From: Octopus sinensis
Lineage: Eukaryota
Assembly (NCBI RefSeq): GCF_006345805.1
Contig: NC_043006.1
Coordinates: 65,472,001-65,536,000, forward strand
Length of the DNA stretch: 64,000 bases
Reading direction: 5' to 3'
Shown: piece after piece, positions 1 through 12,979 of the stretch
Numbering within the stretch: position 1 is the first letter of the stretch
Layout of the letters: each line of letters starts with the position of its first letter
Notes under the pieces: generated by a model
What the model saw: only the letters and a program-made list of their open reading frames with translations
The model's database searches: none
Told to the model about the DNA's origin: nothing
Program-made: the position numbers and the translations under genes

Positions 1-232
1 GGGGGAGATGCAGAGTGTGACAAGGCTGGCCCTTTAAGATACAGGTACTACAGAAACAAGAAGAGAGAGTGAGAGAAAGTTGTGGTGGAAGAATATAACA
101 GGGTTCGCCACCACCGCTGTCGGAGCCCCGTGGACCTAAAGATGTTTTCGCTCAATAAACACTTACAGCGCCCTGTCTGGGGATCGAAACCGCGAGTCTG
201 CTGCCCTAACCACTGGGTCATTGCACCTCCAC
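1..232 (-). mobile_element. SINE family H, cut by the window edge
   Basis: Reverse complement matches 19038-19260. Confidence 0.85.
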
Positions 233-308
233 ACTGAACAGTACTCATCAGAATCGATAGGATACGTATCTGTAGGTTATGCATAGGTCATCCAAATCTC
301 TCACATAT

Positions 309-710
309 CATCCTCATCATTGCTTTAACGTTCACTTTTCAATGCTTGCATGGGTTAGAGGGAATCCATTGGGGTGCGTTTTCTACAACTGAATGCCCTT
401 CCTGTCACCGACCCTCACCTATTTCCAAGCTAAGCAGTATTTTCCCCACAGCCAGGCATGTCTTTATTGAATGTTGAATATGAATGACATTCATTTACAA
501 CAGTCACATGATGTCAAGGTAAAGAGACAAACATACACACTCTCACACATACACATGCATGCAATGGGCTTCTTTCAGTTTCCATCTACTGAATCCACTC
601 AAAGCTTTTAGTTGACCTGCAGCGAGAGGAGAATAATGCTTGTCCAAGTGCCATGTATCAGGTTTGAAACCAAGACCATATAGTTGGGAATCAAACTTCT
701 GAACCACACA
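309..710 (-). mobile_element. SINE family A left arm joined to an RTE-type tail (right arm type ii)
   Basis: Left arm 565-710, (AC)n hinge, then a tail ending in gcaagcattgaaaagtgaacgttaaa and (TGA)n. Confidence 0.8.
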
Positions 711-1650
711 AAAAAATTTAACTAGTTTCAAAAGTGGAATATCTTTTATGCTATGAAGCAGGAAAATCCCTTATATTTTGGACATTTATCCTTTTTCAGA
801 GTGAGAGAGAGAGAGAGAAAAAACAAGGGTCTCATCACTGTTGGTGTTATATTTTGTTGACAAAGGTCATCACCAGTTTCCTTAGATTATTTTGTTTAAT
901 GTGCTGTGTTGTTTAGCGCCTCAGTCCTGATCAAGCAGATGTATGACCAAAGGTTGTTTCAGCTACATCTATGAACATCACATCATTGTTTTGATCAGAC
1001 AATGTTTTCTTGACTAAACTATTCAACATGTCCTGTTTTGTTACCTTTTTTAAAAGAGTAAGTTTCAGAGAAATTTTTCCAGCAGGTTGAAAAACTAATC
1101 AGAGATTTCTCTTTGGCTCTTTAAGATAATTTATTTTCATGTATGTTATATGGCTACACCAAGAGAAAACCCTTGAGGGATCTTCAGTTTCCCAATATCC
1201 TAGTGTGAACTTTTTTTAGGTCATCAGATTATTTCTTTTTCATTTTTAATTTCAGGTTTTCCAATTAGTCACTCCACACACACACGCACACACAAACACA
1301 TTAGGTGAGTCAACAAAGAAAACTTGCCCACTCTCTATTTCCTCGTCATAAACTCTGTTATGAAGTGTGAAAAAGTTTTGTTGCACATCTGCAACCTGGT
1401 CACTGACAGCATTCTAGTGGAATGATGTCATTGTTTGCACAGGTAGTGTATGTGTGCAGAGAACACACACACACACACACACATATGTATATACATACGT
1501 ACATACATACATATATATATATATATGTATACACACACACATGCATATATACATATATACATGTTTATATTCTTATATTTATATATATATATATTCATGT
1601 ACTCTTTTACTTGTTTCAGTCATTTGACTGCTGCCATGCTGGAGCACCTG

Positions 1651-1693
<43 letters not shown>

Positions 1694-1932
1694 ACGCAAA
1701 TACACACAAGGGAGTGAACACACAACAGAAAGTAGCACTCAGGACATTATTCAGTTGGAGTTACATGCATTTAGTAACAGTTTGACTCAGCCCCACATTA
1801 CTTGAAGTTTCGAAGATGCAGGACACCTGACTCTTGTCAGGTCAGGTGTTCAGAGATATCTGATGATGTTGGTGCATTCTGTGTCCACGAAACTTTTAAG
1901 TGATGTGGAACTGAATCAAACTGTTTAAGATT

Positions 1933-2320
1933 ATATTCTCTTATCTGTTTCAGTCATTTGACTGTGACCATGCTGGAGCACCGTCTTTAGTTGAGTAAAT
2001 CGATCCTCCCAGGACTTATTCTTTGTAAGCCTAGTATTTATCGGTGTCTTTTGCCGAACCACTAAATCATTGGGATGTAAACACACCAGCATTGGTTGTG
2101 AAGTGGTGGTTGGGGAGGGACAAACACAGACACAAAAACATATATATATGTATATATATATATATATATGCACATATACGACAGGCCTCTTTCAGTTTCC
2201 ATCTACCAAATCCCCTCACAAGGCTTTAGTTGGCCTGTGGTTATAGAAGACACTTGCCCAAGGTGCCACCATGTGGTTGGTAAGCAAGCTACTTACCAAC
2301 CACATAGTGACACTCCTGTG
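1933..2320 (-). mobile_element. SINE family A (right arm type i)
   Basis: Same left arm, microsatellite and right arm as 12707-13140. Confidence 0.85.
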
Positions 2321-3049
2321 CCTACACACACACACACACTCTCTCTCTCTCTCTCTCTCTCTCCTTATAAGCACCTCTTGAACTTAGAAACAAAAATACT
2401 GTGAATGTCGATCCTAGAAATTCGCTGATTTGTTTCTGTCTGTCTGTCTGTTTTGTCTCTGTCTAACTTTCTCTTTCTTCCCTCTCCTGTTGTCTGTGCT
2501 AGTCACGATTCTTTTCTATCCTTAATCCATAGAGTAATAATGTATTACATGGATTGTTTACCAGGTTGTACTGCTTGTTTCGGAATCTGACATTATGTAC
2601 CCACCTCTGTCTGTCTGTTTGTCTCTCTTTCCATATATATTTATGCCTTATCTTTTGTCTCAGTCATTGGACTGTGGCGATGCTGGAGCACCACACCGAA
2701 CAAATTAACCCCAGTATTTGTTTATTCCTTAAGTGTGATACTTATTGTCAGTCATTTTTGCTGAACCGCTAAGTTACGGGGATGTAAACAGACCAGCACC
2801 GGTTGTCAAGCAGTGGTGGTGGGAACACACACACACACACACATCCTATCTCGCTTTGAAAATACTAGCAGTGTCATCTTTCGTATTTTATATTTTACCC
2901 CTTTCATGTCTGCCATAAACAAATAAATTGATTTCTTTTGATCAGATGTTTCCATAAATGAATGGCGAACATACACATACACGTGTTTGTGTAATAAATT
3001 CCAGGCAGGTTTTGGTAGTAGGAAAAGAGAGAAAATATGGTGTGTCAAG

Positions 3050-5492
3050 TTCACTGATTTAATTTGTTTCTTGTGATCATTACAAGAGATGTGAAATATC
3101 TTCATTTCGCCGATGACGACGATTTCCGCCACCGCCTTTCAACAACACTCCGTTTGTGATGTGTGTCTGTGTGTTTAGATTTGTAGAGGTAGTAGGATTA
3201 ATTTTAGCTGTTACCAGTTCACAGATAAGCAATGCCTCCCTCCTACACACCTTTTCAATTTGTTTGTGTCATTGTATACTGTTTGCACAGTGCGTGCGTA
3301 CCTGCACACCTATATGTACTCTTCGAATACACTCTAACTAGCATGAGTATGTTCATACATTTACTCTCTCTCTCTCCCTCTCTCCATTCATATACTATTT
3401 TCTAACCCATTTACATACGTATACACACTTTCCAAACACAATACGTGTAACATCTACTTCCATATGCATATATATACACATAATACATCTCTTATGCGCA
3501 CCTACTATCATAGTTTCATTTAACAGATTTTACGTTACACATTCTCTCTTTCTCTCTCTCACAAATTCAACTTAACACTACTCTTTCAATATTACATAGT
3601 TTTGTGACCCCCCCCCTCATGCACAAATATTGACTCATAAACACAGATATTATACGCGTTAAAAAGATTTCTATCTTTACACACAAATTACTAGCGTAGT
3701 AGTAACTTTATATATCCCGGCATACCACGTGTCAGTGTCAGCGGTCCGGTTTCGATTCCCTGACACTTTCGATGAGAGTCTAACCGCCCAACATCCCAAC
3801 TGAATCGACGTATATCTATTGTTTGCATCCATAGGAAGATGAAAAGCGAAATAAATCTCAGTCGTCGAGGGATAAAACTAAATACCGCCAGATAATTGGT
3901 ACGGCGCTTCCCTTTCTACCACTCCACTGTCACCTTCAAAATAATGATTTTTTTAATGGGTACAAAGTGTTGTTTAGCCCTTGTTGGCTCTGATCAACAA
4001 ACATAGGATAAATGTCGTTTCAGTCGTGACAAACCCTTGTTTGTATCTTATTTTTATTCTTTATGCTGTGCATTTAAAACTACATGGTCCAATGCGTCTT
4101 TGACGGTTGAGGTGTGCTTTTAGTGCCACGATTTCTTGTAGATCGAATGACCACAGAGAGGCTTCTTCCTTTAGCACAGATATGTAAGAGAGTTGTTTAA
4201 TCAATTTAATTAATCGCCCTCCCCACCTCCCGAGAATGAATGGCACAATGCACAATAAACCAGTTATGGGCAAACTGCGGCACACCGACCGAATATTACC
4301 TTGAATTTTTTCTTTAGCTGTGCGGTCGGCCTGATGATTACGGAAAAGGTTGCTCGTGCTTGCTTTAAACTAAGAACGTAGGACTGACTTATGACAGTCA
4401 CGGTAGCAAATTTTGAGAGGGATGTGTAAGTTAGTGTAATCAAGCAGTACTTAATAACAGGCTTAAGTTTACCACCTCTGGTAGTATTGTTTCAACTTCT
4501 ATTCTTCCTGGAAGTATTAAACATTATCATACATTATTTATATTTGATTTTATACATATGATCCTGGAAATATAAAACATCGCAGTATTTCCTGTCTCCG
4601 TTTGTTCAACAAATAAGCAGCCGTGAAAACTTTCCCTATTCGTTTATAAAATAAAGAAACACCATTGTGTGTGTGTGTAAATTTATGTATGTATATATGA
4701 TATACGTGTGTATATATACGTTTGTTTATAAGTATGTGCGTGTGTAGAAACACACCCATGCGCACATATTGTTTTAGTTTCAGCGCAAGGTTTCAGATCA
4801 GATCACTTGCAAGGCAAGTACATATCCCAAATTGTTTATATATATAGTAGAGTAACGTATATATATATATGTTACTTAACCGACAGTCTGCCCTTGTCTG
4901 CTTCCAAGTCTCTCTCGGTTGTGTTAATTAAGTAAGAATGAAATTCTGACAAGTAAACCTAACATCGTATTCTCAGCAAGAAATGCGTATTTCCACTTGA
5001 AATCAGCTGTCTCATGTTGAAACTAGATCTTCTCTCACCCTCTACCTCACTTTATCTCTACAACAAACAAAACACATCTTTACACCCATTTTCTAATCAC
5101 TTAGTTTCGTCTATGTCCGGATTTGATTTTTCTGTTAATATTTCGGATATTATTATTATTACCATTACGGTTTTTCTAAATTAGTATTGGCGGTGGGTTG
5201 GGGGAAGACAATAACAAACGTTTCTGTAAGAGATAGACAGAAGAAATTAATTAAAGACTCCAAGATCGACGCGTTTTTAAATGATTTCTTTAAAAGTACA
5301 TGTTAACTGTGTGGTCTGTTAATAGAGTGGTTTTGTCGTGATAACTATGTATGTTATGCGTCTGTATGTGTATGTGTGTTCACATGTATGCGTCTATGCG
5401 CGAGTTTGCCTGTGTGTATGTGTGCGTCTTTTTCACCCCCACCAATGAAGTTGCCTTGTTGAGGTATAATTCTTTCTGTCATTCATGACTTG

Positions 5493-5558
<66 letters not shown>

Positions 5559-5716
5559 TTACACACATACATAGTTGTTTAGTTATTTCTGTATGTTGTA
5601 TATTTCTAGTGCTATTACTGTCATAATTATGTTTGTTGTCGTTAAAGATATATTTTAAAACATTTCTTTTGGCCACTATAACTAACACCGTGTGTGTGTG
5701 TGCGTGTATGTATGTG

Positions 5717-5766
<50 letters not shown>

Positions 5767-5994
5767 ATATATTATATATATATATATGCTTGACGTGGTA
5801 GGGGCGTTGGTGCTTGCTTAGGAAGGTGATGCTTTTTTTTTTGTTTTACTAATATAAAACTGCTGTGAACAAGTACCTCACTTTGTGACCACTCGTTCTG
5901 TGCTCGTCTTCGAGCCTGTGTGTGTATATGTGTGTATGCCCCTCTCTGTAGCACACACATGTCACTGACTATAATATGTAAATGCAAATGTGTG

Positions 5995-6047
<53 letters not shown>

Positions 6048-6408
6048 TATATATATACATACATACATACATAAGGAGCGCAAACCGAAGTGACACCCTG
6101 TGTGGATGCTAGCGCTAGCCCAGTTTGGTCACCGCCCATCTGGCTCAAACTAGTAAAAAGAGTGTATACACATTATATATATTTATGCGTATGTACATAG
6201 TTATGTGTCATAATAGAATAATCATTTCTTTATTTAATTGATTGCTAATACAGGCGCTTGTCCACGATTTCGGTGGGAGGTGCAGAATGTGTATCGGGTT
6301 ACATATGTTCCCCAAAATATTTTAGTCATTCTTTCTTTGAACATATGAAAAGAGACAAGCCATTTAAAAATAAAATTTATACCTTCATACCAAACCTCGA
6401 CCCCACCC

Positions 6409-6444
<36 letters not shown>

Positions 6445-6600
6445 CTCACTCTCTCACTCATTATATATATATACACATGTATATTCACAGGCCAACTCAT
6501 ATCAGTTGTATACGTATGTATATGAATGTGTTTTCATGTGAGTGAGACCAAGAGACCTAAAAGGGAGGTATTGAAAAGAAAGTTATCAATCGGCCGATGC
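3050..6600. promoter_or_regulatory. CpG-retaining, putatively unmethylated promoter region
   Basis: CpG dinucleotides are visibly frequent here (e.g. 3100-3150, 3715-3910, 4270-4405) and depleted in most of the window. Few intact SINEs. Contains a GTAAGT donor at 4426. Confidence 0.55.
4300..4425 (+). other. Candidate first exon of TLK (start coordinate approximate)
   Basis: CpG-rich unique sequence ending gagagggATGT|gtaagt. The ATG at 4422 is phase 1, compatible with the phase-1 acceptor at 61234. No transcript evidence. Confidence 0.3.
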
Positions 6601-8449
6601 TGACAACATGGTATTTATCATCTGTTGGAATACTTAAATAGAAATATATAGCTTTGGAACTGACTCCTCTCTCTCTCTCTCTCTCTGTCTTCTGGCCCTT
6701 TTCTATCTCCTTTTTCCTTCACTTGTCTATTAGTCTTTCTCTTCACTGTTTTTCTCTTTTTCCTTTATCATTCTTTCCCTATCTTTCAGTTCCCCTCCTA
6801 TGTCATCTGATACTGGTATGTAGAGGGGAGAGAGAGAGAGAGAGAGTGTAAAACCAGGAGCATTTTATTAATCTAGCTTCTGTTGTACACCCTGAACTTG
6901 ATGCATATATGTTGATAAGGATTCCTAGCAGGCTATGGATAATTAGAACGACTGGGTACTTGAATGGCACTTGTATCAACCTTGTAATTATAAAAGGCAA
7001 AATTGATCCTAGCTAGATTTGAACTCCAGACGTAATTCAATTCTGCAAGACATTTTATCTGCTACTTTACTGATTGTTACATCCGTAACAATAATGGTGA
7101 TAACATAGGTCCCGGCCATTTACTGATGAAACAGTTACATGATATGACTATGATAGCAGTTTCTTAATGTTTGAAGATCATGAGGAAGAGTGGCATGCTG
7201 CTCTTCAGTGACTCTGTAAACTAATCCTTGATGTTGCAGGGCTTTTCTTTCTACCTGCACTTAGTAGTTTTAGTAGTGGCTCAATGGACTATGGTAGCTG
7301 TGGTGACCAGCAAGCTATAGGTTTTACATTGATGTGGCCCTCTCCTAGGTAAACTACCTTACAGAGCTGGAGAGTTCCACTTACTCTGGAGTTGCTGGAA
7401 GAGTATCAAAGAGGCCACTGGACTGCCTGTAGGACTCCTTGCTTTGATTTGCTGTCGAAGTTGTCTCCTCTGACCTTTTCCTGTCCCAAGGTACTCACAA
7501 GGCAGTGAAGGTTTGTGTTTGGAGTTTCTTCCAAAGTATGCTAATTAACCTATAGTTGGCATGTTGACTGGTGCCACTACTCCAGGCCAGAATACACCTG
7601 GGAACAATAGTGGTTCCACACTCTTCAAAACCTTGAAACTTCCAAACCTTGGCCCCACTTTGAGATGTAATTTAAAGTCACACTTAGGACACTTGATATG
7701 GTCATACTTCAGTGATATTCCTTTTATCAATCCATGATATCATCACCATTTAATGTCCATTGTCCATACTGGCATGGGCTGGCCGGTTTGACCAGGGCTG
7801 GTAAGCTGAGGAGTTGCACCAGACTCTAGTCTGAGTTGGCATCATCATCATTTAATGTCCATGTTCCATGCTGGCATGGATTGGTTGGTTTGACAGGATC
7901 CAATGATTTCAAGCATTGTGCTCCAGTGTCTGCTTTGACATGGTTCCTATGACTAGATGCCCTTCCCAATGTCAACCACTTTACAGTATGTGTTGGGTAC
8001 TTTTTATGTGTAGCCAACACTAGTGAGATTGCTATGCAGCTTGTAAGACTATGAACTCCATAATGGAGACTATGAACCTCACAGTTGAGAGGGGTAAAGT
8101 ATGAGAGAGAAGGACTGAAGAACAACAGGTTTATTGCTGAAAGGGAGCCACATGACTGCTTATATTTTAGAAGAGAAGGTGCGGTGATTGGGTTGAGCTG
8201 GAAAGTGATAAAGAATAGTGGTGATGAAATATCAGGTTGGGTCTTCAAGGTATGAGACGAGGCTTGGTGAGATTTGAACTTGGTGAAAGGGTAATACAAA
8301 ACATTTTGTCTATCACTCTACTTGCTGACTGTGCCAATGTATATCACATTTTTTTTATGCCTGACCTATCAGGGTCTTCTCAGCAGGTGAGTGAAACCAT
8401 TCTCATGGGTATGTCCTTCCATATTCCACTTAACAATGACAACTCATAA

Positions 8450-9080
8450 ACCCAAATGGTTTAGCTACAACTGCACAACCACAGTTTGGGGAAAGAACTC
8501 AGCCAATATCACTTGGAATAAAGCAGCTACCTGTATAGTATGTCCAGCTTTTACCCAGCACTGCTATGCCTACTTCACCATCATTCAAAATGTGAAGGAA
8601 GCTTTCTTGTATTCTACTGCCTACAAAAGTTTTTGTCACTCAAACTGCAGTCAAGGCTTTTGGTTCCTTACCAGAGGATCTGTACCAATTGCCAAAATCT
8701 GCTTTTCCTCTGTTTCTGTGGGCAACATTCTCATAGAAAGCCTTCAAATTTTCCTGCCTGCTTATCCTCTTTCACTTCATTAGGCTCACTGTGAAGTGTT
8801 TGGGGAGATGCCTGAGTTCTTCATGTCTCTTCAGCACATCCCTGTGCTGCAACTTCAGGGCATCACAGCTCCATCTGCCCTGATTCAGTTCAACACAGAA
8901 AACTGCCTTTTGGAGACTGCTGCCTTCCATCCTGCAAACATGTCCCATACAGCACAGTTGCAATGAGGTAATTAGGGCCTCCACACTAACTGTGATCCTG
9001 CCATCTGATATGCAAGATGGAGAGCAGGTAATGAAGTTGGACTTGTGTTAGGGCCTTGATGTGTCTGTGGTAGAGGGCCA
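8450..9080 (-). pseudogene. RTE-clade LINE 3' ORF fragment (RT C-terminus)
   Basis: YHRHIKAL..LSILHIRWQD and EALITSLQLCCMGHVCRMEGSSLQKAVFCVELNQG resemble the RTE motif WQDRV..LRWAGHVVRMED.RLPK..LYGEL. Stops and deletions present. Confidence 0.8.
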
Positions 9081-9333
9081 CACACACAGTGGACAGATGA
9101 AAGAAGGGCACTCAACACATTTATTGGGAGTTACATGTATGGATCAAAGCAGTTTGATTCAAATTCATTGGTACTTTTGGGTTTCAAGCAACCGATTTCC
9201 TGTCCATCACACAATCAATTTCCTCTTCACCATGTGGTGTTTTCTAAGTAACTGTTGTTGCTGCTATACCAACATCAAACTCTGACACCGCATAATCATC
9301 CATGACCAATTGTAGTAATTACGGTAATAACAA

Positions 9334-9393
9334 ATTCAAAATGGCTGAAGATTAGCATCACGCTTGAAACTCAGAGTATCAACAAATTTGAAT
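9334..9393 (+). ncRNA. Type I hammerhead ribozyme-like motif (Penelope/retrozyme type), partly degenerate
   Basis: CTGAAGA core 9345-9351; stem II AGC/GCT (9354-56/9362-64); GAAA 9366-69; palindromic stem III ACTC-A-GAGT 9369-9377; cleavage triplet GTA 9376-78; stem I with 3 proximal pairs plus ATTCAAA/TTTGAAT (9334-40/9387-93). Confidence 0.6.
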
Positions 9394-9542
9394 CAAACTG
9401 TTTTGATGAAGGGTCATTCTTTATGTTGCTTGTCTTGTTTTCTATTTGTGTCTTTTGTTGTTTGAAAAATAGTTCATATTCCATGTACTCGTACTTTGTT
9501 TTGTTTTGTTGTACCCATTTGGTGATGTCTTGTGCCCACATA

Positions 9543-9602
<60 letters not shown>

Positions 9603-12264
9603 TGTAAGTATGTACATATACGTATGTATATATGATGATGATGATGATGATTTCATTGACTTGGGTAGTGTGTTTTTGCATGGCTCCAATTTAGAAATTA
9701 GAGCAGATAAACTAGGCTAATGAAAATCAGAAAACCTAGCTATCTGCTCATAGATTGTAAATTTGTGTTTGTTTCAAGCAATTTCACTCAGTATTGTTAT
9801 TAATTAGAAATGTTGACGTAGTTTCATGAATCCGATAGGGGTTGTTGTTCAGTTTTAAACTCTGTGTAGTAACATATCTGTGTAGATTAGTCCACATTAC
9901 TTTGTAAGGAGCATAGGGCCAGATTCTCTGTGTTTCTGGGGTATATATATCCCTCCCTGGATATGAAGCCGTTCTGTTGCTGGATTATTCATGTTTATTA
10001 CCTGAGTGGACTGAAGCAACGTAAAAGGAAGTGTTTTGTTAAAAAAAAAAATAAGGGATCACCCAGTCCAGGGATCAAAACCATGATCTCACGATTATAG
10101 GTCCACCTCCTTAACCACCAAGGCATTTATCTCCACTGTGTAAGCAGTGAGAACATTTCAGCTTTATACACATCTTGGGAGGAATATTTGAACTGGGTTG
10201 TCTTCATGAGAGGGTGTGAATATCAAAAGATGGATGGATTGCTATGTTAGACAAAACTTGGTGAATGTGGTATATATGAAGAACATCAGCTTTAGTAGTG
10301 GCAGTTGAAAGATTTTTAAGAAGTGTATCTTTTTTCTTTCTTTTTTTTTTACCTGCTGAGTCCTGAAGAAGTTTGTGTGTGTTTATGTGTGGGGAGAAGT
10401 ATCTGTCTTCTTTGCTGGTCTTCCTGAAAGCAGTGAGATTAAACCTGTCTCCTCTTTCTATCATATCTACCACTATTATAATGGTGTGTTACACTTTGGT
10501 GCTCAGTGGTCCCATTCCACCTCTACTTAGGCTCCTAGAGCTCCTCTTATCCATACAATGTTGATTACCTGTAGGCCCCTACACCAGCCACTATGCTCAG
10601 TTCTTACTCTCTAGAACATTGTTACTCTCTGTTTTCTAAAACTAGTTTTCCAAATATCCTGGCATTTTCCAGCTCACCTCAAAAATTGTGGCACCCGAGT
10701 GAGACATAGGTGATAAACATATACAGCATATATGGTACACAAGTGTAATCACTAATCATTTGCTCTAAATGAAGAGTAAGGACTGGCATTAGGTCAGAAA
10801 TTATATATTGGTTACTATTAGGTCATTATGTGTTTACTTCTGCCTCAGCAAAGGGCAAACCACTTCCTTCTACAGCCATATGTAGAATCTACTTGCATAT
10901 TGCTTCCCTCATGTTCACCCAAACATAAGATACTGGACAGATAGTGTTCCTTGCTTTCTCTTCACATGTAGGGTGTTTGAAAAATATTCCTGAAAGATCT
11001 GCTTGTTGAGCCATACATAGGATACCAGCAGATATTGTTCTTTGCTTTCTGTCCATATGATAGACATTTAAAGAATATTCCTGTCTTATTAACTGCTTTC
11101 ACTATTAAGCATCCATATTGCTTCTCTCTAAACCCATTGGTGAACATGTAGCTCGATATCCATGTGCTAAGTTCACATCTACAAATCTGTAATTATAACT
11201 TCACAGTGAAAACATCTCTGTGTTTCCATCATTCTTATTATTTCAATAATGTGTTATTTACCTTCCATTTTACTACACAATAAAAGTTTTGAGAGACGAA
11301 GAATAGTTGGGAAGTTTGTCCCAGTGGCATTTCCATTTTCCATTCTTAACTCATTTTACTTATGATTTGGTTTTGTTTTCTTCTTCTTCCTAATATTTGT
11401 ACTTCAGCTGGGGCTAGCTGCAACATAATTCCCATACAAAATACATACAATGTGTGTGTGTGTATGTATGTGTATATGCATATATACACGAGCATTCGCT
11501 GGTTGTTTGATTTTCTTTCTGTGCATATAATAGTTCTTAATGAATACCTGACCTGTGTATACACACATTGATAACTTGTAAAAATATTAACGCTTTCTTA
11601 AATGTGAAATGCTTGTTACAGGAAAAAATGTAATGTTTTTGTTGCTGTTGTTTAACTCAAAATCAGACCTCACCAAGCAGACCTATGGTTAAAAATGTTC
11701 TGGTTGTAACAATTCCAAGCATTGGTGCTGTTGCCATGTAAAAAGCACCCAGTACACTCTGTAAAGTGGTTGGCATTAGAAAGGGCATCAGGCTTTAGAA
11801 ACCATACCAAAACAGGCAATAGAACCTGGTGCAGCTCCTGTTGAACCATCCAATTCATACCAGCATGGAAAATGGATGTTAAATGATGATGAGAATGTGT
11901 GTCTATGACTGTATTACTCAATGTACCCATTGTTTCTTCAGATATAGAGTGTAAATTGAGTATGACCTTGTAGGAGTTCTCCCTGTATTGTTGTTCAGCT
12001 CCATGTTAGCCCTGTCCAACCAAATCTTTGATGAAATATTTTACAACTGTGATCAACTCATTTTTTTATTCATATCTAGCGTAGGTGCAGGTGTAGTAAC
12101 CATGGCAACCATGCAGTTCTGGGTTCAGTCTCATGGTATGGCACCTTGAGCAATTATCTTCTGCAATAGGCTCAGGCCAACCAAATCCTTATGAGTTGAT
12201 TCGGTAGATGAAAACTGAAAGAAGCTTGTCTCATGCATACACAACAACAACAACAACTGTTTTC

Positions 12265-12928
12265 AGCACCTCAACATATCCAATAGCATTAATTCTGAGA
12301 CCCTGTGGAAAGGTGACCATAATTTTCATTACTCACCCCTTCTAAAACCACCACAGTTGCTGGATACTTAGTGTGCATCATGTTGGAGACATTGGAAGGA
12401 TCTGCACATATCCATCTGTCATTTTTCCATTTATACATTTGATTTTGATTGAAGATTTTCTCATCAGAGAAGAACCAAAGCATGCCATGTTCATGAAGGT
12501 TTTTAACCTTGTTAAATAGCCGCTTGGTATGGATCAAACAGTTTCCCTGTATCTTTGCAGATATGGGCCTCTCCTAAGCACATATGACTTGCATCACAGT
12601 TCTGATAGTCCTCACTGACATCTGAAGTTCTTTGATTTTCTAGAATCATCATCAATAATATTTTGAACCCGCTGGATGACTTACCGTGTCCTTATAGTGA
12701 CCACATTCTTTTCTTTTCTTTTATTCTTTTACTTGTTTCAGTCATTTGACTGTGGCCATGCTGGAGCACCGCCTTTAGTCGAGCAAATCGACCCCGGGAC
12801 TTATTCTTTGTAAGCCCAGTACTTATTCTATCGGTCTCTTTTGCCGAACCGCTAAGTGACGGGGACGCAAACACACCAGCATCAGTTGTCAAGCAATGCT
12901 AGGGGGACAAACACAGACACACAAACAT

Positions 12929-12979
<51 letters not shown>

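Noticed and set aside
1422-1805. YI/HT/CV-repeat ORFs here and throughout the track
   Set aside because: Translations of (AT)n, (AC)n and (GT)n tracts and SINE arms.
2806-3132. Possible first exon of a divergent gene on the minus strand
   Set aside because: CpG-rich start is suggestive, but no convincing donor or protein similarity was found.
4331-4387. Possible C/D snoRNA (CTGATGA...CTGA)
   Set aside because: Short, no terminal stem, non-canonical C box, and better explained as promoter or exon sequence.
6108-6119. Perfect 12-bp palindrome GCTAGCGCTAGC
   Set aside because: Isolated and probably part of a short repeat fragment; no supporting structure.
10400-11230. Unique-looking, possibly TE-derived coding relic
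   Set aside because: No protein motif could be recognised in the frames I translated; a tblastx against a TE library would be needed.
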